A stretch of DNA of 64,000 nt from an uncultured bacterium. GTDB lineage: Bacteria; Patescibacteriota; Patescibacteriia; UBA9570; XYC2-FULL-38-9. Both the position numbers and the translations under genes were made by a program. A model generated the notes under the pieces. It made no database searches and was not told the DNA's origin. It saw nothing but the letters and a program-made list of their open reading frames with translations. The stretch spans positions 23,003 through 87,002 of the forward strand of contig CALKUP010000002.1 of the NCBI GenBank assembly GCA_937996685.1. The letters run 5' to 3'. The first letter of the stretch is position 1. Each line of letters starts with the position of its first letter. Of the stretch, positions 28,999-39,142 are shown one piece after another.

Positions 28999-29814
28999 AT
29001 GACACGAGAAGAATTACAACAGTATTATCCGGACACATATCGATTTTTTACTGAGATGCCAGACACGCATCCATTTTGGATGGATATTGCTGCGGTTGAA
29101 TTTGCTCGTGTGAAAGCCGGGCGCACACTGCTTGCAGATCTTGAGCAAGTGTTTGCAGCGCTATCTGAAGTAGACGGACATCACATTTTCGTGGATCGCA
29201 TTGCGAACGTTGATTCACATCAAGAATTAATGGAGCTCCTGACAAAGCTCTATGTTGCATATTTATATCGTGAGCATGGAGCAGAATTGGTTCATGGAAC
29301 AACGCATGGTTTTGATATTGAAGTAACGATCGCGGATCAGTTGCTTGCATTGGGAGTTGTGTCGTTTCATTCATTTGATTCATTGACGGATCAATTTGCG
29401 CGAGTGGTGCATGATGAAATTGTGCATTTACAGGATCGGGCAGAGATTCATGCGCGGGCAGCTGTTGAAAGTGATGAGGAATTGCCAGTTCGTGATGCGG
29501 CAGTTGTTGCGAGCGAGCGCGCACAGACACCAGAAGAATTCATGACTGAATTAGAAGGTTACAGTAAAACATTGAGTGATAACACAAAAGCGCATCATCA
29601 CATTGTTGCATCTGTGACACCGCAGGCATTGCTGCCAAACCAAGCGCAATTGTCTCAATATATTTCTGAATCACACGCTGATTTAGCAAAACGGTTTCCG
29701 ATGATTGCTGGTGTATTGCTCGTTGATCCGCGTCCAGGTGTTGAAAAGGCGACATTTTTACCGTTCCATACTGGTGGTGAATATTTGCAAGAGTTGTTAG
29801 ACAAGACGACGTAA
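28999..29814 (+). CDS. Hypothetical protein
   Basis: Long ORF, same strand as the neighbouring genes, and its stop overlaps the queG start. No recognisable motifs. Confidence 0.4.
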   Translation: MTREELQQYYPDTYRFFTEMPDTHPFWMDIAAVEFARVKAGRTLLADLEQVFAALSEVDGHHIFVDRIANVDSHQELMELLTKLYVAYLYREHGAELVHGTTHGFDIEVTIADQLLALGVVSFHSFDSLTDQFARVVHDEIVHLQDRAEIHARAAVESDEELPVRDAAVVASERAQTPEEFMTELEGYSKTLSDNTKAHHHIVASVTPQALLPNQAQLSQYISESHADLAKRFPMIAGVLLVDPRPGVEKATFLPFHTGGEYLQELLDKTT

Positions 29815-30911
29815 TGATTCAACATCGAACGATTGAGCAAGAGCAGGTTCGTGCATTGCGACAGATTGTGCGTGCGCACGGCTTTCAATTATTTGGTGCG
29901 CTGCCAATTGGGGAGAGTGATACATTTTCACATCTTGTTGAGTGGGTGGACGATGGAATGCACGCGGATATGGATTGGATGGCGCGACCAGATGCATTGG
30001 AAAAGCGCGCGCAGCCGAGTGCCATTTTGCCGGGCGCGCAATCAGTGATGACGCTCGCATTTGCGTATACGCCAGAGCCGATTCCGGATGCATTATTGAA
30101 TGATCCGTCGCGCGGCATTATCGCGCGATATGCCTTGTATGATGATTATCATGATGTTGTAAAAAAGAAGTTGATTCAGATTGGGAGAGAGGTGAGTGCA
30201 TGGTGTCGTGATAATGGATATGGAGAGAGTGATTGGAAGGCGTATGTTGATACAGGTCCGTTTTTAGAACGCGAATGGGCACAGCGCGCAGGGCTTGGGT
30301 TTATCGGGCGGAATGCAAATTTGATTAATGTGACACTTGGTTCGTATTTATTTTTGTCTGAAATATTGTTTACTGCGAAGTTGCCTGTCATGGAGCAAAA
30401 ACAACAAGGATCGTGTGCGCGATGTACGAATTGTGTTGGCAGTTGTCCAACGGGAGCGATCGTGAAAGATAAAACGATTGATGCGCGTAAATGTATTTCG
30501 TATCAGACAATTGAACAAAAGGGGAGTATTCCGGAATGGATTCGACCGTTAATGGGAAACCGCATATACGGGTGTGATATTTGTCAGGAAGTGTGTCCGT
30601 GGAATAAAAGCCCACAAGCAGTCAGGCATGCGGATTTTCAGGTGCGTGAAGATTTGGTCGCGCCAAAATTTGAGACGCTGTTATTTTTTGATGATGAAGG
30701 GTTTCGTGAAAAATTTCGCAAGTCGCCGATCAAGCGCGCAAAGCGGGAAGGGCTGATGCGTAATGTGGCAATTGGGCTTGGGAATTGGGCGGCGAGAAAT
30801 GACCGGGATGATGCAGTAGAAGCTGTGCGATTATTGGAAATCATGAAACGGAATGAATCGTCCGCATTAGTGCAAGAGCATATTGATTGGGGGCTCGCGC
30901 AAGTGAAGTAG
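29814..30911 (+). CDS. queG: Epoxyqueuosine reductase QueG (tRNA queuosine biosynthesis)
   Basis: Two 4Fe-4S motifs CARCTNCVGSCP and CDICQEVCPWN, plus a C-terminal HEAT-like region. Length typical for QueG. Confidence 0.7.
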   Translation: MIQHRTIEQEQVRALRQIVRAHGFQLFGALPIGESDTFSHLVEWVDDGMHADMDWMARPDALEKRAQPSAILPGAQSVMTLAFAYTPEPIPDALLNDPSRGIIARYALYDDYHDVVKKKLIQIGREVSAWCRDNGYGESDWKAYVDTGPFLEREWAQRAGLGFIGRNANLINVTLGSYLFLSEILFTAKLPVMEQKQQGSCARCTNCVGSCPTGAIVKDKTIDARKCISYQTIEQKGSIPEWIRPLMGNRIYGCDICQEVCPWNKSPQAVRHADFQVREDLVAPKFETLLFFDDEGFREKFRKSPIKRAKREGLMRNVAIGLGNWAARNDRDDAVEAVRLLEIMKRNESSALVQEHIDWGLAQVK

Positions 30912-31433
30912 CAGAAAGTGTTTGCAAAAATATATATTTTTCGGTAGGCTCATCAATGTCCGCTGAGAATCTTTCTTGGTGACTTCACCGTGAGGCGACA
31001 AATGGCTCATCAGGATTCTTCTGGAAACAGAGTCTTCCGAAAGGTTTGGCTTCCTCCTTCAAAGCTATGGCTGACAAGGCGGCTTCAGGGACTCCCTTTT
31101 TCAGCGGAAGACGCTCGGATTGTGGAGCAAGTACGCGCCGCTCGCACTGCGGAGATTCTCCGCACTGACCCGCATCAATTGATCACGGATATGTATCGCG
31201 GCGACGTACATGTAAGCAGCGGCACCTATTTTGAGCACAACGACCCTCAACGCGGGCGTCGGTGAAATAGGTAGCGTTGTCTCATGACGGGAGAGTCGCG
31301 CAGATTGGGTTCGGGACGGTTGTGCTTTGCGCATGATCGTTCCACGTTTTTCATAGCACAGACAAGTTTCTTGTGTGTTGTGAAAAGTGAATAGATTGTG
31401 GTAGAATAGGGGTCTAAAAAATAGCCTATTTTT

Positions 31434-32207
31434 ATGGAAAAACAATATATCAAACGATTATTTCTTGCATCAGTGTTGACACTGAGCGCTGTGGTGTTTA
31501 CTCCAGCAACAACCTATGCGTCTGAGGGTGAAACGAACAACGAAGTCGAAACGGAAACAGAAGTCGAGACCGAAGTTGAAATTGATGACGATGGAATTGA
31601 CAATGACCACGACGGAAAAACAGATGAAGTGAATACAGGGGTACATCCAGGACATGAGTCTGACGATGTTGATGATGATCAACAATTTGAAGATAGTGTG
31701 TCGACATTTGAAGGAGCGGCAAAAGGCAAGTTGAAAATCAAATTCAAAGACGGGAGTCGATTTGAGCATCGCATTTTTAACAACGCGACTGCAGAAAAAG
31801 ATACAGTTGTTGCGCAAGTGAAAGGTGCTGGGGCATTGCTCGCGGTTCGTGGCAACGGCCGAACAATTGCAGCAGTGAATCCATATACAGGGAAAAAGTT
31901 AGACACAGAAAAATTAGCACTCGCTCGAACATTCGGCACACACAGTTTGAAGCAATATGATTTTTTGAAAGATGGATCGACTGAAGCTGTGGTTATTTCT
32001 CGCAATAATAAAAATGTGACACATATCACAGTGTTGCGTTTTAGTGAAAAAACGAACACATTAAAAGTTGTGAGTCGAAAAACAGTGTTAGACACTGCGG
32101 CGTCTCCAAAGCGAACAACATTTTCAAAAGACACAATCACATTAAAAAATAGTAAAGGCAAAACACTCAAAACTATTGTTGTGAACAGCGATTCAACGCT
32201 TCGATAA
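31434..32207 (+). CDS. Secreted acidic hypothetical protein
   Basis: Signal peptide, then an acidic ETEVETEVE/DDD-rich stretch. Confidence 0.4.
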   Translation: MEKQYIKRLFLASVLTLSAVVFTPATTYASEGETNNEVETETEVETEVEIDDDGIDNDHDGKTDEVNTGVHPGHESDDVDDDQQFEDSVSTFEGAAKGKLKIKFKDGSRFEHRIFNNATAEKDTVVAQVKGAGALLAVRGNGRTIAAVNPYTGKKLDTEKLALARTFGTHSLKQYDFLKDGSTEAVVISRNNKNVTHITVLRFSEKTNTLKVVSRKTVLDTAASPKRTTFSKDTITLKNSKGKTLKTIVVNSDSTLR

Positions 32208-32221
32208 CAGAAAGGAGAATA

Positions 32222-32255
32222 AAAAACCGTACAAGACCTGTGCGGTTTTTTTAGT
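32222..32255 (+). terminator. Rho-independent terminator
   Basis: AACCGTACA agacc TGTGCGGTT (G-U wobble allowed) followed by TTTTTTT. Confidence 0.6.
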
Positions 32256-32342
32256 TGCGTTTTTTGGTGTTTTTTGGTACAACAGTGCCGCGTCATGCTC
32301 ATTGAAAAACCTTCACAAACCCTTCGGGGTGGGAGCTACATC

Positions 32343-33347
32343 ATGGGATCGTTCCTCAAAAAGAGTGTGTGGATGCTCTTCGCATCCGCGGTGTTCATCC
32401 TTGTCCTGTGCGGACTGATCGCGCTGTCCCTTGTCTTTTCCGGACTGATCGGGCTGACGATCGTGATGAGCGGATCGCCGGAGTCCCTGAACTGGCTTCA
32501 GAAGCCCTGGCACGACTACATCGCGTTCTTTCGCGCCCGTCTTGGGCAGACGAGTGAGATCATCGATGAAGTTACCGGATCTCGTTTGTTCAACAAACAG
32601 CTGTCAACGATCATCGCAGCACTACATGGAACAGTCGAGAACTTCTTCGACATTCCGCACGCGCTATACAGACTCCCTGGGCCATGGGGCTTTGTCTTCA
32701 AGGCTGAATTGGACGTCTGGTATCTCAGTTGGATGATGTGGCCGATGAAAAAAATCGGCGGGGTCCTCTTCTTGAGTCGCGAAAATCGTGAGCTTGCCAA
32801 GAAGGCGCTCGGTAGCGTTCAAGTGCGACTCGGCTCTTTTCTCATCTTCATTGATGGGCATAAAGCGCGCGAGAGTTCGTTCCATGCTGCCTTGCGTGTG
32901 ATCAGCAAGCTTGTACAAAAAGACTTGCTTGATCGACAGACGTTGGTGTACTGGGATTTGCTGCTGCATACACCGCGCGTTGAAGGATTGCTTGCGCTCA
33001 TAAACGCAAATCTGAACAGCAATCACGTGTTCATGTTCGCGACATTCCGCAGTCCCCGCAAAAAATCGAACATGTTCCTGGACTTGTGGCGCATGACCAC
33101 GGAGCCGTTTCACGTTGTGACGTGGATGATTCCGTATGATCCGCGAGACTTGGGTTGGTCCGCAGATCAAAGCTTCGACAAAGAATGCTTTGGTGCGCAG
33201 TTGATCATGTTCGTCTTGCAGACCGCGTTTCCACGGCTGAAACGGGCAGGGGTTGAAACGGCCTACGAAATGGGCTATCGGGCGCCGCCCGACATTGTGA
33301 AGGCGTACCCCGACCTGTTTGACGAAACGGGATTGCCTCGCGCATAG
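32343..33347 (+). CDS. Hypothetical membrane-anchored protein encoded in a GC-rich segment
   Basis: Likely start MGSFLKK at 32343 (the ORF track begins at 32274). N-terminal TM helix. GC content visibly above its surroundings. Confidence 0.4.
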   Translation: MGSFLKKSVWMLFASAVFILVLCGLIALSLVFSGLIGLTIVMSGSPESLNWLQKPWHDYIAFFRARLGQTSEIIDEVTGSRLFNKQLSTIIAALHGTVENFFDIPHALYRLPGPWGFVFKAELDVWYLSWMMWPMKKIGGVLFLSRENRELAKKALGSVQVRLGSFLIFIDGHKARESSFHAALRVISKLVQKDLLDRQTLVYWDLLLHTPRVEGLLALINANLNSNHVFMFATFRSPRKKSNMFLDLWRMTTEPFHVVTWMIPYDPRDLGWSADQSFDKECFGAQLIMFVLQTAFPRLKRAGVETAYEMGYRAPPDIVKAYPDLFDETGLPRA

Positions 33348-33377
33348 AGCGCGTCTTCCTGACAGCGTCAACAGAGT

Positions 33378-33410
33378 GCCACGTCGTCATCTTGTAGAAG
33401 ATGACGTGGC
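33378..33410. terminator. Perfect 16-bp stem-loop between convergent genes (probable bidirectional terminator)
   Basis: GCCACGTCGTCATCTT gtag AAGATGACGTGGC. Confidence 0.45.
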
Positions 33411-33435
33411 TCGTAATTCAAAGAGAATACACTAT

Positions 33436-36400
33436 TTATTCCTTTTGATTTGCGTGTGGAGAGCACAATCGAACAGTTTCTTGCAATGTTTTCATCCAGT
33501 TGTCTCCAAGATATGTTGTGAGCGCACGTGCCTTGAATGCAAGATTGCCTCGTTCGTATATGCGTTCCCATGCATCCGGAAGATCAGGCAAGGCTTCATT
33601 TGAAGAGAGTGTAATACGTGGACTGCTCAAGCGATTAACATCGTTCGGGTAATCAGTTGTAATAGCAATCAGCGTTGACTTGCTGGCGATAATTTTTAAT
33701 AAGACAATTTCCAATAAGCCAGCAACATCTGGGTGAAGACTCGTTCCTTCCCATAAGCGTTCTTGTTTCATGAGCTCTGCTTGAATATCAGACAACTCAT
33801 CTTCGTCTCGGGCATTACTCACTTCTTGATACAAACGAATGCGTTGTTCAATTTCTGGAACACACTCTTCGGGAATGCGTCCTTCTAGTGGAACGTCAAT
33901 TGCAACTTCGCGAATCGTTGCTGTTTCTTTGCCTTGTAATTGCGCAACTGCAGAATGGAGCAGCCGAACATAGAGGTGGAGGCCAATTTTACTGGTGTGG
34001 CCATGCTGCGCTTTCCCGAGCATATTGCCGACACCGCGGATTTCCATATCACGCATCGCGAGCTCAAAGCCGTCACCGAGTCCACTCGCAGATTGCAGCG
34101 CCAGAAATCGAGAGCGCACATCGCCATCAAGTTGTTTTTCTTTGTAGAAAAAATAGGCGTATCCTTGTTCTTTTGAACGTCCAACGCGGCCTTTTAATTG
34201 ATAGAGTTCTGATAATCCAAAACGGCTGGCGTCTTCGACAATCATGGTGTTGGCGCTCGCGATATCCAGACCATTTTCAACAATGCTACTGGCGAGCAAA
34301 ACATCGAGTTGTTTTGTATCAAACGCGTGCATCACATCAGCGAGTTCTTTTGGTTTGAGTTGACCATGCGCAACGCCGATTCGAACAGCGTCTCCGAGGA
34401 GTGCTTGGAGTTCAATGCGTCGGCGTTCAATGCTTTGTACGCGATTATAAACATAATAGACTTCGCCGCCGCGTGCCATTTCTCGTTCAACAGCGCTGAT
34501 AATGGTTGCGTTATCTTGCGGAACAATGCTGAGTTCAACAGCGCGTCGCAGTTTTGGTGGTGTGAGAATTGTGCTGATTTCTCGGATTCCAGAAAGGGAT
34601 AAGTGGAGTGTTCGGGGAATTGGAGTGGCGGTCATCGTGAGCACATGAGCTTGCGCTCGCATTGCGGTTAAGGCTTCTTTTGCGCGCACACCAAAGCGTT
34701 GCTCTTCGTCAATGACAATGAGTCCAAGTTTTTTAAATCCAATGTCCGCACTGAACAATCGATGTGTGCCGATCACGACATCGACTTTGCCTGAATGCAG
34801 TCCTTTGATGACATCGTGTTGTTCGGCTTTGGTTTGAAAACGAGAGAGGCTCGCGACATTCACGCCGAGGCTGCTCAAGCGCTCTGCAAATGTATCCGCA
34901 TGTTGTTGACACAAAATAGTTGTTGGCGCGACAACAGCAACTTGATAGCCATTGAGTACAGCGCGAAAGCTTGCTCGCAATGCAACTTCCGTTTTCCCAA
35001 ACCCGACATCGCCGCACAGCAGACGATCCATTGGCTTGTCTTGTTGCATGTCGTGAAAAATTTGCTCTAACGCATCGTTTTGATCAACGGTGAGGTCATA
35101 CGGACACGCGTCATCTAATCGTTGTTCTTGCGGGTCAGCGACAATGTGATGTCCGGTTGCTGATTCACGTCGTGCATAAATATCAAGCAGTTCTTGCGCG
35201 ATGCGCGCGACATCTTCTGATGCTGTTTTGAGGGCGGTGTTCCATGAAGCGCCGGAGAGCGTGTTCAGTTCTGGTTGTTCTTCGCCGATGTATTTATCAA
35301 GTCGATCAGCCAGCTCAACCGGAACATAGACTTTGTCACGTCCAGCATATTCCAATACAAAATAATCACGCATCATGCCGTTGATTTCTTGATTCGTCAT
35401 GCCGGCAAACCGCGCAACACCATGATGAATATGCACAACGTAATCACCAACGGACAATTGTTGCATGAGCGCGCGTTGCAATTTCTTGCTCGCTTTTTTT
35501 TGTTTTTTTGCCGATAGTCCGATATTGCCGTCAGTGAGACACAAAAGCGGTGAGTCGGCGTCATCGTACATAAAACCGCTATCGATGCCATCAATTTCAA
35601 CAATATTTTTTTCGCTGAATGAGGCTTCGTCGGTTTGAATAAATTGCTGGAGCGCTGCTGTGTCTTGTGTGAACAATATCAGTGATTTGGTGCTGTCGAT
35701 ATCAGCGAGTAATTCATCACGACGGAGATGATATGATTTTGGTAAGCGATACGGCGGATTGACGACGCTGCCATTTTTTTCTTCTGGAACAGCGAGTCTG
35801 CTTGCGCGAATGAGTATGTTTTCAGTCAGGCTATTTTCTGGTAAATCAGTATCGAACAACAACACAGCGACATGCGGCGGGATGTAATCAAAAAATGTAC
35901 TGCGTCCTTTGCTGTTTCGTGGTGCAATTTTGAGTGGCAAAGAAAAAGGCGTTGACTGTCCGTTATGATCAACTGTCGCAATGCTCTCAACAGAGTCGCC
36001 AAAAAAAGACAGGCGATAGAGTTGATCGATGTGAATATCAAGAATGTCGCCGCGAACAGCAAACGTTTCGGCACGTGTTGCGGTTGTGTCACGCTCGAAA
36101 CCGCTGTCGACAATTTTTTCAATCAAGGTTTGCAGTGAGAGTGTGTCATCAATTTGCACATGAATCGTTTGTCGGTTGAGAGTTGCGGGAGCTGGAAGGA
36201 GTGCGTGTTCAATCGTTTTTTGATCTGCAACAACAATGTCATATTGTGAGAGATGTGGCAGGGTTTGAATTTCACCATTCCATTCAAGAATCGTTGGATG
36301 GCTACGTTCTGGGTAAAAATGCGGCAACAGTCGAGCAATGATATGTCGCTCTGATGGGTGCGCGGTAATGACAAATAACCCGTTTTGGAACAGGGTAGGG

Positions 36401-36477
36401 GTGGCTTTGATGTAATGCGCGAGACTCGCGGCATTTGGAATCGTACCGATTGATTGTGGAAAAAGAGGATGTTTCAT
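33436..36477 (-). CDS. mfd: Transcription-repair coupling factor Mfd
   Basis: Superfamily 2 helicase motifs (GDVGFGKTEVA, DEEQRFGV), an RNAP-interacting domain and a TRCF C-terminal domain; 1013 aa. Confidence 0.8.
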   Translation of the reverse strand: MKHPLFPQSIGTIPNAASLAHYIKATPTLFQNGLFVITAHPSERHIIARLLPHFYPERSHPTILEWNGEIQTLPHLSQYDIVVADQKTIEHALLPAPATLNRQTIHVQIDDTLSLQTLIEKIVDSGFERDTTATRAETFAVRGDILDIHIDQLYRLSFFGDSVESIATVDHNGQSTPFSLPLKIAPRNSKGRSTFFDYIPPHVAVLLFDTDLPENSLTENILIRASRLAVPEEKNGSVVNPPYRLPKSYHLRRDELLADIDSTKSLILFTQDTAALQQFIQTDEASFSEKNIVEIDGIDSGFMYDDADSPLLCLTDGNIGLSAKKQKKASKKLQRALMQQLSVGDYVVHIHHGVARFAGMTNQEINGMMRDYFVLEYAGRDKVYVPVELADRLDKYIGEEQPELNTLSGASWNTALKTASEDVARIAQELLDIYARRESATGHHIVADPQEQRLDDACPYDLTVDQNDALEQIFHDMQQDKPMDRLLCGDVGFGKTEVALRASFRAVLNGYQVAVVAPTTILCQQHADTFAERLSSLGVNVASLSRFQTKAEQHDVIKGLHSGKVDVVIGTHRLFSADIGFKKLGLIVIDEEQRFGVRAKEALTAMRAQAHVLTMTATPIPRTLHLSLSGIREISTILTPPKLRRAVELSIVPQDNATIISAVEREMARGGEVYYVYNRVQSIERRRIELQALLGDAVRIGVAHGQLKPKELADVMHAFDTKQLDVLLASSIVENGLDIASANTMIVEDASRFGLSELYQLKGRVGRSKEQGYAYFFYKEKQLDGDVRSRFLALQSASGLGDGFELAMRDMEIRGVGNMLGKAQHGHTSKIGLHLYVRLLHSAVAQLQGKETATIREVAIDVPLEGRIPEECVPEIEQRIRLYQEVSNARDEDELSDIQAELMKQERLWEGTSLHPDVAGLLEIVLLKIIASKSTLIAITTDYPNDVNRLSSPRITLSSNEALPDLPDAWERIYERGNLAFKARALTTYLGDNWMKTLQETVRLCSPHANQKE

Positions 36478-36571
36478 TCAAAGAGTAGCTTCTTTATATA
36501 TGAAGTTCTAGAGAAAGGCAATCTATTCGCACTTTACGCGCCGCTCTATTTTTTATATCGTACACATATCT

Positions 36572-37309
36572 ATGAAGGATGCGACCATTACATTTGCAGG
36601 TCATTGTACAATCGGAGAGCATGTGACTCCTGTGCAACAACAAACGATTCATGATGCGCTTCAACGGGGCACTGATCTTGGTATTGTTGTAAATGATATT
36701 GACTTAAAGCGTCGTCTTCAATTTTATCAAATCGGTGGCAAAGAGATGGTGATTCGGCATTATGGGAATCGAAAAAAATGCGGAACAACAAAAACATTGT
36801 GCGAGCTGCCAGATTTTAAAAAAATTCCAGAATTGATTGATTGGGGTTTTTATGATGATGCTGTAGAAGTGCTCCGTACAGCAACAGATGATATTGATAC
36901 AACACTACGAACGCAGGTTGTCCCGCGGGCAATTGCAAAACAACTCACAGCGTATGCATTATCATTATCTGATGTGCGGGTCTATACAGAGCGGTCGTTG
37001 CGGAATGACGCACGTCGACATTTGCGCTCTTCAGTGAAACCGGAGCGGTCATGGAGGCCACAGCTAGAAGTCGTTGGTGCGCTTGATAATGTTCAAGCGG
37101 CGATGACAGGAACACCAGTGTGTGGAGCAATTCTTCTTTCATTATATGAGCAGCTTGCGCAGGCGGGATATCGTCATTGTGTGCAATTATATGCTGAAGG
37201 CGATCGAGGTCCGTTAGAAAATGCTAGCGGGCTATATAATAAGCTGCGTGTAGCGTTTCCGAGTGATTCGCGGTGGGCATTAGATATTGAGACAGCGTAT
37301 TATGTGTAA
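36572..37309 (+). CDS. Hypothetical protein
   Basis: Long ORF in an otherwise uncovered interval. No recognisable motifs. Confidence 0.35.
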   Translation: MKDATITFAGHCTIGEHVTPVQQQTIHDALQRGTDLGIVVNDIDLKRRLQFYQIGGKEMVIRHYGNRKKCGTTKTLCELPDFKKIPELIDWGFYDDAVEVLRTATDDIDTTLRTQVVPRAIAKQLTAYALSLSDVRVYTERSLRNDARRHLRSSVKPERSWRPQLEVVGALDNVQAAMTGTPVCGAILLSLYEQLAQAGYRHCVQLYAEGDRGPLENASGLYNKLRVAFPSDSRWALDIETAYYV

Positions 37310-37369
37310 GGAATTGCAGGTGATGCGCGAAGGCTTGTGCTGTATTTTTTATATAGAAGTGGTTTTGTA

Positions 37370-37450
37370 ATAAAAAAAGTGCCGCTGGAAACAGATGCAG
37401 AGTGAACGCATGGGAGCATTCGACTCGTTGTCTGTTTCAAACGGCGGCGG
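37370..37450 (-). terminator. Rho-independent terminator downstream of metK (minus strand)
   Basis: Long imperfect inverted repeat GCCGC..GAAACAGA / TCTGTTTC..GCGGC, followed on the minus strand by an 8-nt T-run. Confidence 0.5.
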
Positions 37451-37479
37451 TGAGGCAGGTGGCTCTCACCCGGCTGTGA

Positions 37480-38640
37480 TCAGTCGAGGACCAATTTCAG
37501 GGCTTCGGCCTGGTCGGTCTCTTCCCAGGTGAACCCGGGGCGGCCAAAGTGACCGTGCGACGCCGTCGCGCGGTAGATCGGACGCTTGAGCCGCAGATGA
37601 TCGACCAGCGCGGCGGGCTTGAGCGGGAAGATCTCACGCACAGCGGCGGTCAGCTTCTCGTCCGAGACGTTGCCGGTGCCGAAGGTGTTGACCATGACGC
37701 TGACAGGCTCGGCGACGCCGATGGCGTAGGCGACCTGGACAAGCGCGCGGCTGGCGTACCCAGCGGCCACGATGTTCTTCGCGACGTAGCGCATCATGTA
37801 CGCAGCGGAACGGTCCACCTTGGACGGATCCTTGCCAGAGAAGGCGCCGCCGCCGTGGCTGCCGTGACCGCCGTAGGTGTCGACGATGATCTTGCGGCCA
37901 GTCAGGCCCGCGTCACCCATCGGACCGCCGATGACGAAGCGACCGGTCGGGTTGATGAAGTAGCGGGTGTTGCTGTCGAGCAGGTGCGCCGGGATCGTGG
38001 ATTCAATGACGTACTTGATGATGCTTTCACGCAGGTCATCGCTCGTCACATCGTCGCTGTGCTGCGAGGAGACGACGACGCTGTCGACGCGCGCGACCTT
38101 GCCGTCGCGGTACTCGATGGTGACCTGGGTCTTGCCATCGGGCCGGAGGAAGGGGAGCGTGCCGTCGCGGCGGACAGCGCTGAGCTTCTCGCTGAGGCGG
38201 TGCGAGTAGTAGATGCTCGCGGGCATGAGCGTGTCGGTCTCGTCGATCGCATAGCCGAACATCATGCCCTGATCGCCAGCACCTTGCTCGCTGTAGAGAC
38301 CTTCGCCTTCGTTGACGCCCTGAGCGATGTCCGGCGACTGCTGCTCCACTGCGACCAAGATGGCGCAGGTGTTGCCGTCGAAGCCGGTGCCGGTGTGCGT
38401 GTAGCCGATGTCGCGGACGACCTCGCGGACGATGGTCGGGTAGTCGACCCTGGAAGTTGCGGTGATCTCGCCAGCGACCAGCACGAAGCCGGTCTTGACC
38501 GCGGTTTCGCACGCAACGCGCGCGTTCGGGTCACCAGCAAGGTGAGCGTCGAGGATGGCGTCGGAAATGTTGTCGCAGAGCTTGTCCGGATGTCCTTCGG
38601 TGACGGACTCGGACGTGAACAGGTAGTTCTGGAGTGCCAT
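37480..38640 (-). CDS. metK: S-adenosylmethionine synthetase
   Basis: MetK motifs [13 protein letters not shown] and [19 protein letters not shown]. Probable true start [11 protein letters not shown] at 38640, with SD AGGAATAAAGG upstream. The coding sequence is about 65% GC, unlike its surroundings. Opposite-strand ORFs 37549-38664 and 38036-38512 are high-GC artefacts. Confidence 0.85.
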   Translation of the reverse strand: MALQNYLFTSESVTEGHPDKLCDNISDAILDAHLAGDPNARVACETAVKTGFVLVAGEITATSRVDYPTIVREVVRDIGYTHTGTGFDGNTCAILVAVEQQSPDIAQGVNEGEGLYSEQGAGDQGMMFGYAIDETDTLMPASIYYSHRLSEKLSAVRRDGTLPFLRPDGKTQVTIEYRDGKVARVDSVVVSSQHSDDVTSDDLRESIIKYVIESTIPAHLLDSNTRYFINPTGRFVIGGPMGDAGLTGRKIIVDTYGGHGSHGGGAFSGKDPSKVDRSAAYMMRYVAKNIVAAGYASRALVQVAYAIGVAEPVSVMVNTFGTGNVSDEKLTAAVREIFPLKPAALVDHLRLKRPIYRATASHGHFGRPGFTWEETDQAEALKLVLD

Positions 38641-38821
38641 GTGGCCTTTATTCCTCTGATGTAAAGACAAAAAACGCAGTTGGTTTGCGTCCTCCGTCGA
38701 TTGTGAACTTCCGGTCTAAATCGCTGTAGATGACAGATGTCATCGTTTCAGCTGCCAACAACTTGGATCGGATGCCACCAGTGTAGCAAGTTCTTTTCAG
38801 AAGTCAATAATGACTGTATTG

Positions 38822-39142
38822 CTATGATTCCAACGGAAAGCCAGCCGTGCTCCACGCGCTTGTTCCGCCTTTGACATTCACGACATGTTTCATTCCAGTG
38901 CGGACACAAAAGGCCGTCGCAAGCATACTCCGTGAGCCAGATGCGCAGACAATATAGACCGGTGTTTCTGATTCAAATTCTTGTACACGCGCTTGAATTT
39001 CATTTGATGGAATATTTGTTGCGCGTGGAATATGCCCTTCGGCAAATTCTTCAGGCGAGCGCACATCGATAATCCGAATCGCTGGATCTGCTGTGTGAAG
39101 GTCATGTAACTCTTGGATGGTAATGGTGTTGATGCCGAACAT
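38822..39142 (-). CDS. Single-domain rhodanese-like sulfurtransferase
   Basis: Rhodanese fold with the active-site Cys in CASGSRS. Confidence 0.65.
   Translation of the reverse strand: MFGINTITIQELHDLHTADPAIRIIDVRSPEEFAEGHIPRATNIPSNEIQARVQEFESETPVYIVCASGSRSMLATAFCVRTGMKHVVNVKGGTSAWSTAGFPLES

Noticed and set aside
30950-31430. Possible RNase P RNA, tmRNA or SRP RNA in the GC-rich ORF-poor interval
   Set aside because: I looked for the hallmark conserved strings (GGAAAGUCCGGGCUCC and ACAGAAnCCGGCUUA for RNase P; the tmRNA 3' tRNA-like end and tag reading frame; the SRP AGCAG/GGAA motifs) on both strands and found none. It is left as an unexplained region.
37549-38664. 371-aa + strand ORF, plus several Arg/Ala/Pro-rich minus-strand ORFs (38036-38512, 38262-38540), overlapping metK
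   Set aside because: These are artefacts of the 65% GC metK segment, where stop codons are rare. The products are low-complexity, while metK itself has unmistakable motifs.
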